Shown piece after piece: positions 24,801-37,800 of a stretch of DNA of 64,000 nucleotides. The notes beneath the pieces were generated by a model that searched no databases, was not told the origin of the DNA, and saw only the letters and a program-made list of their open reading frames with translations. The stretch spans positions 13,640,001-13,704,000 of the forward strand of contig CM106586.1 in NCBI GenBank assembly GCA_048013815.1. Direction: 5' to 3'. Numbering within the stretch: the first letter of the stretch is position 1; each line of letters begins with the position of its first letter. The DNA is from Setoptus koraiensis. Taxonomy: Eukaryota; Animalia; Arthropoda. The position numbers and the translations under genes were made by a program.

Positions 24801-27800
24801 TTTGTTGTTTGCACACATAACAAACCCTCTCCACAAACTAGTTGTGACGACATGAAGTGTACGTCATAAATGGATAGAATCGACAGCCATGCCTTTTGGT
24901 TAAGCTTGGATTTTAACGGCCACAGCATTAAGATTATGAGATTATCGATAGATCGCTGAAATTCAATTCTATAGATAGACGTTAAATTGTCGCTGTTGCC
25001 TCATAGAGATGGTGGGGTTGAATAAAATGTGCTGATAATGACATGACAATCTGTGCGGCAATCTCATTCTATGATACTGTAATCATCTCGTGACAGTTGC
25101 TAACCGTTTCTGACAGTTGCTGACACTGAATATGGATCATATTCATCAAGGCCTCAGATTGAAAACTTTAATTTGAGCATCACAGGCTGCAACAAGACCA
25201 ACTGGCAGAGCTGGAAGGTCAGAGAGACAGATGTGTCGATCTTGATAGTAGCAAAAAATTTACAAACTCATATTCGCGTATTCACATTATGCCTTGCCAC
25301 AGGACATAAAAGTATCTAATAATCAGTCTCATTCTGAGATTCCGAGCTTGCTAGTGATTGGTCTGGAGCCGTCAATTATCTGTTCCTTATCATCATTGGC
25401 CTTGTTGTTGCGCGATTCTAATCCAAGATACGTAAAATCATTTTGTTTCTCAATAGCGGTTGATATTATCTCTGGCATTCGTCACTTTTAATAAGATTGT
25501 CGGAGAGGCTGACAATATTGTTGTTTTCCTTTTCTACGATATATGAAGATCATATATTCTATGATGAGACGATATGAGTGATGTGAGGATCATACGAGAA
25601 GGGAATGAGATTGTTTATGGTTGTCAATGTAATCACAGTAGACAGACGAAACTTGTGTGATTCGTTTTAATACGCGCTGCGCGCGCGAAATACAAACTGC
25701 AAAAACGTCGGACATTTCATGTGGAGCTCGTTGATTATGTTGATTATGCCCGGTTGCATAGTTAATATCTGTTTAGCCGAGTTTTACCACATTATTATTG
25801 GTTGAGCCCCCCCTATCTCTTTCCGTTGATGTTGTTTTTTGTTTCTTTATTGCCCAAACCGATGACCGCTAGGCTTGATGGCGAACTTGCCGGCAAGTGC
25901 AACGTAATTGCGTTGTGCCTGTGTCTCGATGATTTAATTTCATTCAGCAGTTCTCGTCCCTTTGTTCGTCGTCTAGAAATAGGCTCAGCGAGCAAGAACA
26001 AAAACAAAGAGACTATCAGTTATCAGCGTTAATCTACTACTACCTGTTTGTTCTTGATAGCCTGTTGTTGATGAAGTATTGCCTAAAAACGCCGGTTACG
26101 ATTGGCGGTGTTGGTTTCCCGATAATCGGCCGGCCTTCAGCTATTTATTTAATTCTTTGCCATTAATCATGGCGTTATAAGAAGGTTGTGCGTTCCTCTT
26201 ACATCCGATAAACGATACTCTCTCTCTCTCTCTCTCTCGCTCTCTATTCCTCTCGCCGGTTGGTTATCGTCTTTGCAACTCCATTGAGCACAATAAACAA
26301 GACATGAGTGAAAGTGGCGACAACACTCGCACTAGAGTGATAATAATGGCGATGAAATAGTGAAATTGATTAGGCCAGCTAGTGGTGAGACTGGTTGGTT
26401 ATTGTTGTTGGCGCGGATATTTAGATCAGTCTTGTTAGCGTGTATGTGCATTGCTCCTGTTTAGATTGTTATCAGGAAGTCGCAAAAAGGCACACACAGA
26501 GCGAGGCAACCAAGACGAAAAAACTTTGGTTTCTTTGGTCTAGCAAGATGGTGGTCAATCTTTTTATTGCCATCATTATTATTATATTGATCCGTCGGTT
26601 GTGCACACCGGCCGGCTCATTGGCCGGCAAGACCATGACAGCCAATGAGCCGGCCGTTTCTTTCTAACGCCCATTAACGGGCATGCAAATCAACGAGAGA
26701 CAGCGAGAGCAGTTTGAGTTATCCGTTGTTTATGCTCTTCTTTATGTGGCCCTTATCACCTTCGTCGAGACGGCGTCGGTCGCTTTAATGGCGTTCAAGG
26801 CACTTGTTGTTACTGTTGTCGTTGTTGTTGTTGTTGCTGTTGCATAAATAGAAGAGTTATAGTCGCATCATGCGTCGCGTATGCAGATACATTTACGATT
26901 TGCCTGTTGCTAGTGGCACATCAATCTGAGTGGCTCCATTAAGACATGAATAACGGTATTTGCAGTGTTGTCGTGGTTGTTGTTGTTGCTGTTACTGCTT
27001 TTATCGGCTATCAACTTATCACTTTGTGTGCCCGTGTCTGTGGGCATCGTCGCTAAATGGGCCTTGTCCATCTCTGCAACTACTGCAACCGCTGCATTGA
27101 CTGCCAGCCGTTGCGATGGCAGCAAACGCATTGTATGGGAGTGATTAAATTATAACTGTGCCCGGTTACATAAAGTTGCAATCACTTTATAAATTGAGTT
27201 ATTTGTGGCCATAGCTCATGGCTGAAGAATGGCTGAATGGCCGAGTGGCGGAATGGCCAGCGGATTGCCCAATTGCCAAATTGCTCTCGATGGCCTATTG
27301 TCGCTATTGTTCTGGACAATTAAATCCGACCAGATCTGGCTGGATCGTGTGGAGCCGTGCACATGATGAAATCACCAGAGCAGGCCAGAGCAGATTTGTT
27401 TGGGTTGAAAACAGTGGCCGGCCATTACGCTATTGGCGTCTTGTGTCGGAAGGGTCACCCCGCTGTTACCATTTATGCAACATTGTCTCGCGTCAGCCCG
27501 GCCATTCATCACCCAATCATTTGCCACCAAGCTACCATTACGGTGTTGTTATCGTTATTATTATTAGTATTACAGTGAGGTGTGCAACGGCAGTTATACC
27601 GGGTATTTTCGCAAAAAAAGTGTTCGTCGCTAAATACGATTCGTACTAAATATACATCGCTGAACTGACCACCAGCAATCGGCCGCTAGTCGTTGTTTGC
27701 ACACGACCCCATGCACTTAAATACACTTCGCTCCGATAATCAACAGGTCTTTCGTGTCGTCTTGTTTCCAGATTGAAACGAGAGAGCCGCCGAGACATGT

Positions 27801-28617
27801 TGCATGCTTGCGCCACACTCGCCAGGTTCAATACACTTGGCCGGCTTGTTGTTGTTGTCCGCGCCAACTAATAGCCATGGAGACAGCCAGACAGCCAGCC
27901 AGCGAAAGTATGCATCTGGCGAGCCTCGAGGCGGCTGTCCACTATTTGCTCATTCGCTCGGCGCCGCAACTAACCAGCCGCTGACCAGCCGCCGACCAGC
28001 CGCCGACCGGCAACAACATAATGTCGAGACTCGCCCTGGTCTCGACATTATGTTGTGCTCGACAGAGGTGGACGGGCGAGCGAAGCCCCAAGGTTTGTTG
28101 CTGTTGTGCAGTTAACAACAATTTTGTCGTTGTTGCCGTGAGTGGCTGCTGTGGGTTCCATGCATGTGATGCAGTTAATAATAATACAGTTAATGTTTAT
28201 GGGCAAATATAACGAGAGCGCATGAAGAAAATTACATCTAAATCTAAATTCATTTAGTTTCGTTTAGTTTCGTTTAGTTGATTGCCGTCCGTTGAATTGA
28301 CTCGCAATTGGTAGCTCGCTTGCCAAATAAGTCTAAATGAGTTGCCCAGTTGCTTCGATGTTGACTCGGAGGCACCGCATCGCAGCTCAGCACATCATTA
28401 GCAATTCCTGGCGGCATTAGCTGGCCGATCTGGCTCAACTATCCGCCGCCGCATACTTGCGACTTGTTAGACACAGCGGACAGGTGAGTCATACGCTCGT
28501 CTGTGTCTGTTGGCGATGTTGCTGTTGGTGCTGTTGTTGTTGATGTCGTTGTTGTTGGCGGGGTGGTCCACGCCGCCAGTGTCATTATGCGAGCGTATAT
28601 CCATAATGACCGCATAC

Positions 28618-28696
28618 TATGCGGACAGTGCGGATAGCGCCGATAGTGCGGACAGTGCGGATAGTACGGACAGTGCGGACAGTGCGGATAGTACGG
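28618..28696. repeat. 9-bp tandem repeat (GCGGAYAGT) ~x9
   Basis: Read directly from the sequence. Confidence 0.85.
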
Positions 28697-30795
28697 GTAG
28701 TGTGGTTGTCGCAAATAGTGGTGCAAACGCTGGAAATACCATGCGTAGTGGCAATCACGAATCGAGACTCGAGCCGAGTGAATAATTGATTCGATTCAAC
28801 AACACACAGTATTATCGCGCTTGTTCTAATTATGCAATTACACACCATTATCTCGGGCACTGCAACATTAGCCAGGCTTAATTATAATGATTATAATGAT
28901 GCGCGCCTAGCGTTGCGCCAATCAATCAATCAATTGTATGAGATTTACCATTATACCATTATTAAACTGATTACGCTGCAGCACAAGTTAGCCGAGTGCG
29001 TCACAACTGCAGCCTAAATGAGCCCGCTCTTCGGCCACACTGGTCACTTGTTAGTTGATTACTTATTAGCTAATGCGCCAGTTACTGGCTTGTTAGTTAG
29101 TTGCAAACACTTGTGATAGTCACCCCGAGACACTCGCATATCACATACATTTTTATTTGTTATTTATATGCGTACAAACATACGGTACAAGCAACATATA
29201 TGCGAGCATACAGGTAACATACAGGTAAACGAGACAGCCAGTTGTGGCCCACTAACGACACTAACAAATTGACTGGCTGTGAGTGCTCTATTGAGTGACG
29301 CTCTCATTCATGTGACGATATCAATTCACTTGCTCTCCTCACCTGGTTCAAACAGCAACAAGTGTGGACTGCACTTTTGAGGTGAGCTTTTTCCAATGGC
29401 CACAAGCGGGCTTCTCCAGGGTGCCGTCAGGGCGGCGCTAGTCTGCTTGCTCTAAGCAGCCCGTTAGCTGGCCAACATGACAGTCTCTGGCCACTGTATA
29501 CACTGTTTGCTGTATGCGATGATCTATGCGCGATGCTAGTAGCATGCTAGTACAGGTTTCGTGAAGCAATCAAAAAGTCAATCAAATTCGACGAAACTGT
29601 ATCGCTTGGGAGGCTTATTTTTAACGACGCCAGCGCCTCTGATGGTTGTTAATTGAAGCCTGCGCATGGGCGTTGGAAAAATCATCACACAAAAGTCACA
29701 TTGGTCACATTGGCGTAGAGTGGCCAACCACTATGTAAATGTGAATGACCTATCGGCAACTTGTTGTCGTCGTTGTTGTTGTTGTTGTTGGCGGGTGACT
29801 TGTGATTCCTACTGACAAGAGAGTCACTGTTGAACCCAACTGGCGCCGACTGGTCTACATTGAGTCAATAGTATTGAGTGTCCAGTTCAACTGTTGGCGG
29901 CTGGGCGCGTTATCGCCCCGTGAACCGTCGTTGACCACCACCGAATCAATTAGCCGAACCATTTTAATTAGCTATTATAATTAGCGATCTAGCCGTCATA
30001 TCGGCCGACGACATCTCGACGCGTATAGACGCGATTGATGTCGGCGTTTGCTTGCTTATGACGCTTGTGAGTCAAGTGGAAGAGTTTTTCGGGCCGCCAT
30101 TTTAGGCCGTTTAGGCCGCTTTAGCCCGTTTTAGGGTTTGGGCCGCCAGATGAGAATCGGCGACGGCCAACGAGAGTGAGCTGCGTGTGCGAATGGGCCC
30201 GACAAACTCTCCCTTTCGCCCGTTCGCCCTGTCGCCGTCCCGCCGTCCCGCCGTCTCGGCCGTCGGAGTCGGGACAAGTTCAAGTTGACGATGGGCACTC
30301 ATCGGGCGCTTGAACGCCCGAACGCCCGAGCGCTCGAGCATGCACGATGGAACGTCGCCCATAATGCTTTGGCAAACATTCTCAACAATATCGCCGACGA
30401 TGATATTAATTCTTTTTATGGCCAGCTCTTTGCGGCTCCAGCAAGCGAGTCGCCGTCGAGCGGGCACGAACGAAAGTGCTACGGCTCCGATACTGGACTG
30501 GTGGCCACGGTACTGGCCGGCACAATGGCCGCGATACCGGCTCAAGCAGCCAATGACCAACACGAAATAAATCAGCGACGACGACGACGACAAGACCGTC
30601 AGTTCATATGATAATTTGCAATAAAATAGATACCAACACACCTATGAGTAGACGAGAGTGCGCTGCGCAAGGTTAAATGTCATTCTCCTCTGCTCACTTG
30701 AACTATCGCCATTCAATTAGCCCATCGGACCAAACTACTTTTTGCGCCACCAACCTTTTTGAGCCACAGAATAATTTCTTTTTTATAAAGTTTCA

Positions 30796-30870
30796 TTCAT
30801 CTCTGCTCACTCATCTCTGCTCACTCATCTCTGCTCACTCATCGCCGCTCATTCATCGCCGCTCATTCAT
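30796..30870. repeat. 14-bp tandem repeat (TCATCTCTGCTCAC / TCATCGCCGCTCAT) ~x5
   Basis: Read directly from the sequence. Confidence 0.85.
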
Positions 30871-32285
30871 CTTGGCCATGACGTAATGGTCAGCACCGTG
30901 CGCTGACCAACCATTTTGAGCGCATCCATGTGAGCCACTGGGCCGACAAATTACCATGCTGCCCAGGTATCGCAGCAATATTGCGATATAATATTGTATC
31001 GTATGACTGCCAGCAGTGAAATGATGCTGCCGCCGTTGGCACCACCAAGCCAGACATGACACGGCCTGTGTCGCACAGGTAGCAACAGGTGAACAGGCGG
31101 ACAGTGATTTGTCGAGTTGCACACAGCAAACAAGTTGTCCAAGTGTCAATTGAAAGTCACGAATTATCTTGGATGCACGAACTCGTCAGCCAGCACTGTC
31201 AGATCGAAAGGCCGACACTGTTGAAACGGAAGTCAGCCGCTGTGCTGCACGATCAGCCGATAATGCTGCAGTTTGATAGTGCGAATGCCAATTATGATGT
31301 CAGCCAATTCGAGAATTCGCTCGTTTGTAGGTTCGTTTGTGTATTTGTTTGCATGTTTGTTTGTGTGTTTTTATGTCCTCGAGCCAGCAGATTGTTATTG
31401 ATTGACTTGTGAGCTGATTCCGTTGGCGACACCATCGGCGCCCAATCGATTGGGGCCGATGTCGTGCGCTCAGATAAAGATCGACACAGTTGCACAGCAA
31501 ACGCGCCACTAGCTCGCGGCATACCGGTCGACTGACCCATCAAACTGCTCCCATAATTGGCCAGCCGAATCTCTGTTTTGGTGGCCACACACTCGGCCTG
31601 ACACTTTTTGGGCTTTTATCTCATATCTTACTTTGTATGCTTGTGTCAATTAGAAATTCGTTGGGGATTTCGCTGTAGGGAGCTTATAATTTCCAATTTT
31701 CTCATTTACTTGCCACTTAATTATGACCGAATGCCTGTATGCACAGTGTCGGTTGCCGGACAGCCGATGCATCATTCAATGATGTGTCAGTGTGATTGCG
31801 CCATCACCGGCCATGTCATGCCGGCATCAATCATTGCAATGATGATTGATACCGGATACTGGCGGATCATGAGTGAAACAGCGAGCGCATTATTAGAGCA
31901 TTGCGTAATTGCGTGTATTGTGCCACCGATCGTAGTTGATGGCACTGCCGATAGGTTTGCCTCGATGCTGTTCGGCCAGCATGCGCCGCCATGCGAGTGT
32001 TTGTGCCATTAGGAAGTGGCGAGAAACAATCTTGCGGACACTAATTACAGATCGCGTAATCGACAGCAGTGATTGTTTGTTGCATGTGTCATTTGTTTAC
32101 AATTTACTGCTTGCGAGCCTGTCTGTTTTTGTCGTTCGCTTGTATCGCTCGCTTGTGCCGAGCGTGGCCAACGAGTTGACCTGGCGACGGTCGAATTGGC
32201 CGAGCCCCCATTTGCGAGTGTGCAGTGATTTGTTGCGTCATCGCGCCGGCAGCTTCCTGAAGCGAGCCCGCCGAAAGCTTCGCTC

Positions 32286-32373
32286 GCTTCTCTTCGGTGG
32301 CTTCTCTTCGGTGGCTTCTCTTCAGCGGCTTCTCTTCGGCGGCTTCTCTTCGGCGGCTTCTCTTCAGTGGCTT
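32286..32373. repeat. 14-bp tandem repeat GCTTCTCTTCRGYG x6
   Basis: Read directly from the sequence. Confidence 0.9.
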
Positions 32374-33640
32374 GGCTGCACAATTGCGCATATCGGCTCA
32401 CTATTGCATAATATATTAGTGTATTAAGGCATAATATATTAATATATTAGTACAGTGTACATTTGTATTGTATTATATCTCGCCGGTATACTGCCGGTAA
32501 ACGCTGCTAGTGTACAAATCTCACAAGTCGGCATGCGTGCCAGCGTGCCGACTCAACGATTGCCCAATGGCTCAGGTGAGCCACTGGTCAGCCACTGGTC
32601 AGCCGGTGAGCCGTTCAGCCGGTGAGCCGGTGAGCTCACAATGGAGGGCTCACAACTTGTCAGTGCGAATAGTGTGCTTGCAATAACGTAGCTGTGGCTA
32701 CAATCAATTTATTACATAATCATTACGGAGCAAACTATTTATTCACCTTTGGCATGATGTGTTCATTCATGAACTGGCCTGTTGTTTGCTGCCTGGTGCA
32801 TCTGTCATCTGATCGACTGATCGCCGGCCCGCCGGCCCGCCGACCGGCGGCCATCGACAGCCCAGCGCCGGCCGAAGGTGGTCCGATCACGACCTGGCCA
32901 CTGCACACACATAAATGGCCCTCTCGGCCGGCTGCGCAGTTATTTTATAATATTATCCGTTGTGCCGGCGCCGATCCAACTTGTATCGTCCAAGTTATTT
33001 GGTCGTCGTCGTCGTCGTCGTTGTCGTCGTCGCCGGGCGACGAGATGATCTTTGCCGACATGATTGAATGGATGGCCAGCTAACCGTTTTGCTGATGACA
33101 CACATACACCGAATTAAGGCAGCAGCGGCAGCAAAATGCAAACTTCAAGCTTCGAGCTGCAACAAAAACAGGAGAAGAAAGTGGGAAAAGTGCACGAAAT
33201 TCCTCTTCTTGTAACTGGCCAAATGGCTTTGCGTTGCCTGGCAAATAATCACAGTTTGCACTAGCGGACAGCGGATAATTGGTTAGCTAGACAACATGTT
33301 GTATCCACTGTCGCTGGCACTGGTCGCCGGCTGGCTGTCGGCCGATACACATTATGATATATCTAGTTTAGTCGCTTGCATTTATGCTGATCATAATTTA
33401 CTAGTACCGCTATCATATTTATCACTGGCCAGTGTGTCAGCCGGCTTAATCCCGACGGCGGCCAGCGCCGGCCAGCCGCAGTGTCCAGTCGGGGCTCGAG
33501 GAAACGCAAGCCGATAAAGTGTGTCTACAATATCCAAACTCATTAATAAATATATTGGCGATGCTCGCTCGGACCGGCTCGCCAAACTCGTCGTGTGTTT
33601 CGTAGGTAGTGTCGTCGGCAAGTGTCTCGTGCAGTTTGAG

Positions 33641-33730
33641 GCAGTTTGCAGCGAGTTGCAGCGGCTTGCATCGGCTTGCAGCGAGTTGCATCGGCTCGCA
33701 GCGAGTTGCATCGGCTTGCAGCGAGTTGCA
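33641..33730. repeat. 10-bp minisatellite (GCGAGTTGCA / TCGGCTTGCA) x9
   Basis: Units every 10 bp, two variants alternating from 33671. Confidence 0.9.
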
Positions 33731-34845
33731 GCGGTGCACAGGTGAGCCCAAACAAGTTGCTATAAACAAAAGCGAAGCAAGGGTGTGAGCCCGCTACAAA
33801 GTATCATACAAACAATAATTATTGCATCACACACACAACCATTAGTCGCCTAGCTGCCGGCCCGTTATCTGCTGCCCAGTCGCCGTTACCTGTTGACCCG
33901 ACCTGTTCACCTGTGCGCTCCGCAGCAACACGCCGTTACAAATGCCAACACACACACACACACACACACACACACCACCTTTGAAACACACACACACACA
34001 CTACCTCTGAACACACACTTAGGATGTGTGGCCGGCGCTTCTTTAATCAGTCGCTACTTACGTCATCTCGCTCGCCAGATCTCGTATCATGTGTAAACGG
34101 CTCGAGTTTGCAAATGCGATGCGCTCCTCTCACAAGTCGCCAGACTCGGCCGCTCCAGCGACTCAACTGACAACAAGCGCGATTTAGTATCACGGGGAAT
34201 GTGTAAATTGAAAAGTAAACGAAAGTGGACTCAATGTTCGCGACCGTACGCATTGAATAATAATAATACCACTACTACTAATAATAATAATAATCTTCTT
34301 TGAGATAATCACTTCACTCTCGCTGATCTGGCCAGCTTGCCGGCAAGCTTGCCATATCACTGACAACGCCACATCACACTGACCAGTGGCCAGTGGCCAG
34401 CTAACGGCCGACCCACCCGACTGACAACAAACCGGCCGGCGTCAGTCGGTGAATGCACGCTCACTGTTGATTAGTCGCTGGCGTGATCAACAACCAATAT
34501 AAGTTGCATCAAATGTAACATAGTGACAATTCATTTTGCCTCCGATTTAGTCGACTCCCAGTTATCAGTGGGCAGTTGTTGCAATTATTATTAGCCAGTT
34601 ATTATTGCCATTAGTCAGTGTGCTCTCGACACACCAACAACACACAACGTTGAGAGACATGATACAATCGGCGACGCACCCTGACACAATCAATGCGACA
34701 CAATCAAATCAAATTATTAATATCTGAAATACAATATATCAAATAAAATATAACAACAAATATAATATATAATAAAATCCTCACACCAGAGCTGAGCTGC
34801 CAGCGCTCAGTCGCCAAACAACAACAACAACAACAAGAGGACACA

Positions 34846-37800
34846 ATGAACAAAGCGTCGAGAAACTCAAAAGCGGCCCCATTGAGGCCGGCCAGTGTTG
34901 AGCCCATCGCCAGACACCAGTTAGACACAACAACCGCAACCACAACCATCACGACCACCACACAATGCACGCAATATGCCCAATATGCCCAATATGCCCA
35001 ATATACCCAATGTACCCAATATGCGCGACAATTTGCGCACGCCACAAATCAAAGTAGAAAATCCATCATCAACTTCGCGGCATCACATCCGCGATGCCAT
35101 CAAGTTAAACCCAAATCTGTCGGTCACCTGTCGGGCCGCAAGCCACAAACACTGGCGCTCAGCCTATTGATTGGACTCATACTAATTAATGGCTTAATGA
35201 GCGTCATGGCCAGTCAGGGCCCCGACAGCCGAACATCCGGGCAACAACAGCAAGTGTCGCCGGCCGGCAAATCGCCGGGCCAGGCCGCCGACCAGCACAA
35301 CTCAGCCTCAGCCACAGACCACAACAACAACAACAACAACCACAAACAACAGGTAGACACCACACTGGCTCTAGAATCCGAGGCCCATCAACAGGTAGTG
35401 GCCGCGCCCGGCGCAAGCCACAGCAAGGCGTCGTCATCTAGTCAGTCGAAGGCGAGCGATGATTTGCAGCCCGCCGCCGGTTCGTCCGCATCGGGCGCCG
35501 CATCTTCGGCGCAGTCTGCCGGCCCGGCCGACACTCAGTCGAGCTCGTCATCTGCCCTTTCGTCATCATCGAACGGCAAGCCGGAGCAAGCAGCGGCGGC
35601 GGCGGCAGCAGCAGCAGCGGCTCCACTTCCGGTTGCGGCAGACGAGCGCGTTATGACGGCCAGTTCATCGCCACTCGTCTCCACAAGCTCACAAGTGACA
35701 AACAACAACAACAACAACAACAATTACGAATATGTCGGCGTCCAACCGGAAGAGGCCACGCCCGAGATTTTGGCCAAATTGAAGCAACAGGAACAAGCTC
35801 AAATAGGCGCTCTGTTGGACCAGATTGACCAGCAAGAATCGACGCAACAACAGCAACAATACGGCAACAACCGCATGCAAATGCGCCAGCTTCAGTACGG
35901 CCCGAGCGCGCCCCAACGTCACCCGCAGCGTCCGTATCACCCCATGAACAATCAGTATCAGCGCCCGTATCATCCGTCAACGGGGCCCCGCTCAACCCGG
36001 TACCATCATCAGAACCACCCGCGTCCACAAATGAATTACCCGCGCCAACCGCAGTACCCACCACCACAGCACCAGCCCCGTTACAATGTGCCAAACCGCT
36101 TGATGCCAAATAGACCGCGCGACTTGTACGCGCCCCCGCCCCCACCCCTCTACAGACCACAAGCGCCCATCATGATGGACGGCGGCCCGCGAGCGCCCCG
36201 AAACCTAGCGAGCGCCCCCAAGCACAACGTGTACGCCCAGGGACCCATCAGTTATCATATCCGATCGCCGCCCGCATTGCCGCACTACTCGTCGGCCAAG
36301 GTGACCGGCTTGCCGCTTGGGCCCTACCCATACCCGGCACCGGGTCACCCGCACGAGATGCCCCGACACTTGCCCAGGGGAGCCGCAGCGGGTTATGCGG
36401 CCTTCCGTAAGTTTGTGCGCGCCCACGCACAACGTTACCGTCAACTGAACAGCCAGGCGGCCGCCGGCGGTCCATCGGCCACATACCCGGCACCGCCCGC
36501 CGCCAAGCCCGCAGGCCCGCAATACTCGCCCGGCGAGAAGCCTTTGCTTGTGCTGAACGAGCCGGCGCCCATAACCATCAGTTACGGCAGCGCGCCATTG
36601 TCGTCGAACAGTTACGAGCTCAACGCGGCTGCCGTCGGTCAGCAGGCGCCCGCCAAAGACGCCTATGCCCAGGCCGAGAGTTACGACAAGACGGGCGCCG
36701 ACAAGCCGGCACCCGACACCGGAAACTCCTACGGCGCGCCCAGTTACGGCGGCCAGTCCGCGAGCTACGGCGGCCAGCCCTCGAGTTACGGCGGCCAGCC
36801 CGCCAGCAGCAGCTACCAGCCGAAAGCAAAGGTGCCCACTGTGTCCACCACTCAGGCCTTCATACCGCACCAAATCGGGGGCGCGTCGGGAGCGCAGTAC
36901 GGCTCGGCAGCGGCGGCCTCGTCGGGCAGCCCGCAAGTGGACGGGTACGGAGGCGCGGCCCCGCAGGCGGGTCAGTATTCTTCGTCCGCGGCAACGGGAT
37001 ACCAGTCGCTAATGTCAACTCTGTACGGCAACACCGCGCCGGGCAAGCACGGATACAGCGGCGAATTCGGCAAGGTCGTCTATTATCCGCACGCAACCGT
37101 TTACACTGAACCCATGAACGCGGATCAATTGTACAAATTGACCGGCACGGGCATCCACCAAATACTAGATCAATTGCAGTACAGTCTGGCCAACGGCGGC
37201 CACGATCACACCAACACCATCAGAGAGGGCCACCAGGGGCACCACATCGGCAACGGGATCACCATACACGCCAAACAGTATCACGGGCCCACGCCAAACG
37301 GCGGCTACGGCTCGGGCACGGCGGCCATAATCAAGGGGCCCAGCCGGCAGTACGGGCAGCAGCAGCAGCAGTCGGGCGCCGACTACAGCAGCCAGCAGAC
37401 GGTGGGCGACGGGGCCGCTTACGCCACGGTGAAGCAGGGCGGCGACCTGACCAGCGGCAACGTCAATTACGCAATCAACGTGGTTCACCCGCAAGCTCAG
37501 CCAGCGGCCTACGGTCAGTCGTACGGCGGCCCAGCGGCATCGGGTCAGTCGTACGGCGGCGCGGCGTCATCGGGTCAGTCGTACGGCAGTGCCCCATCCG
37601 GTCCGTCGTACAGCGGCGCGGCATCGGGTCAGTCTTACGGCGGCGCGGCGGCATCGGCACCGAGTCAGTCGTACGGCGGCGCGGCGTCATCGGGTCAGTC
37701 GTACGGCAGTGCCCCATCCGGTCAATCTTACAGCGACGCGGCATCGGGTCAGTCCTATGGCAGCGCGGCCTCATCGGGTCAGTCCTATGGCGGCGCGGCG

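Noticed and set aside
24891-24904. U2 snRNA-like GCCTTTTGGTTAAG
   Set aside because: Branch-point recognition sequence GTGTAGTA and Sm site are absent.
28365-28489. Consensus donor CAG|GTGAGT after a short open frame (..ISWPIWLNYPPP..)
   Set aside because: No start codon, good acceptor or homology; about two such donors per strand are expected by chance. A non-coding exon remains possible.
30310-30570. Neuropeptide-like precursor with WPRY repeats
   Set aside because: The repeat comes from a 12-bp TGGCC-based DNA repeat; no amidation signal or proper flanking cleavage sites.
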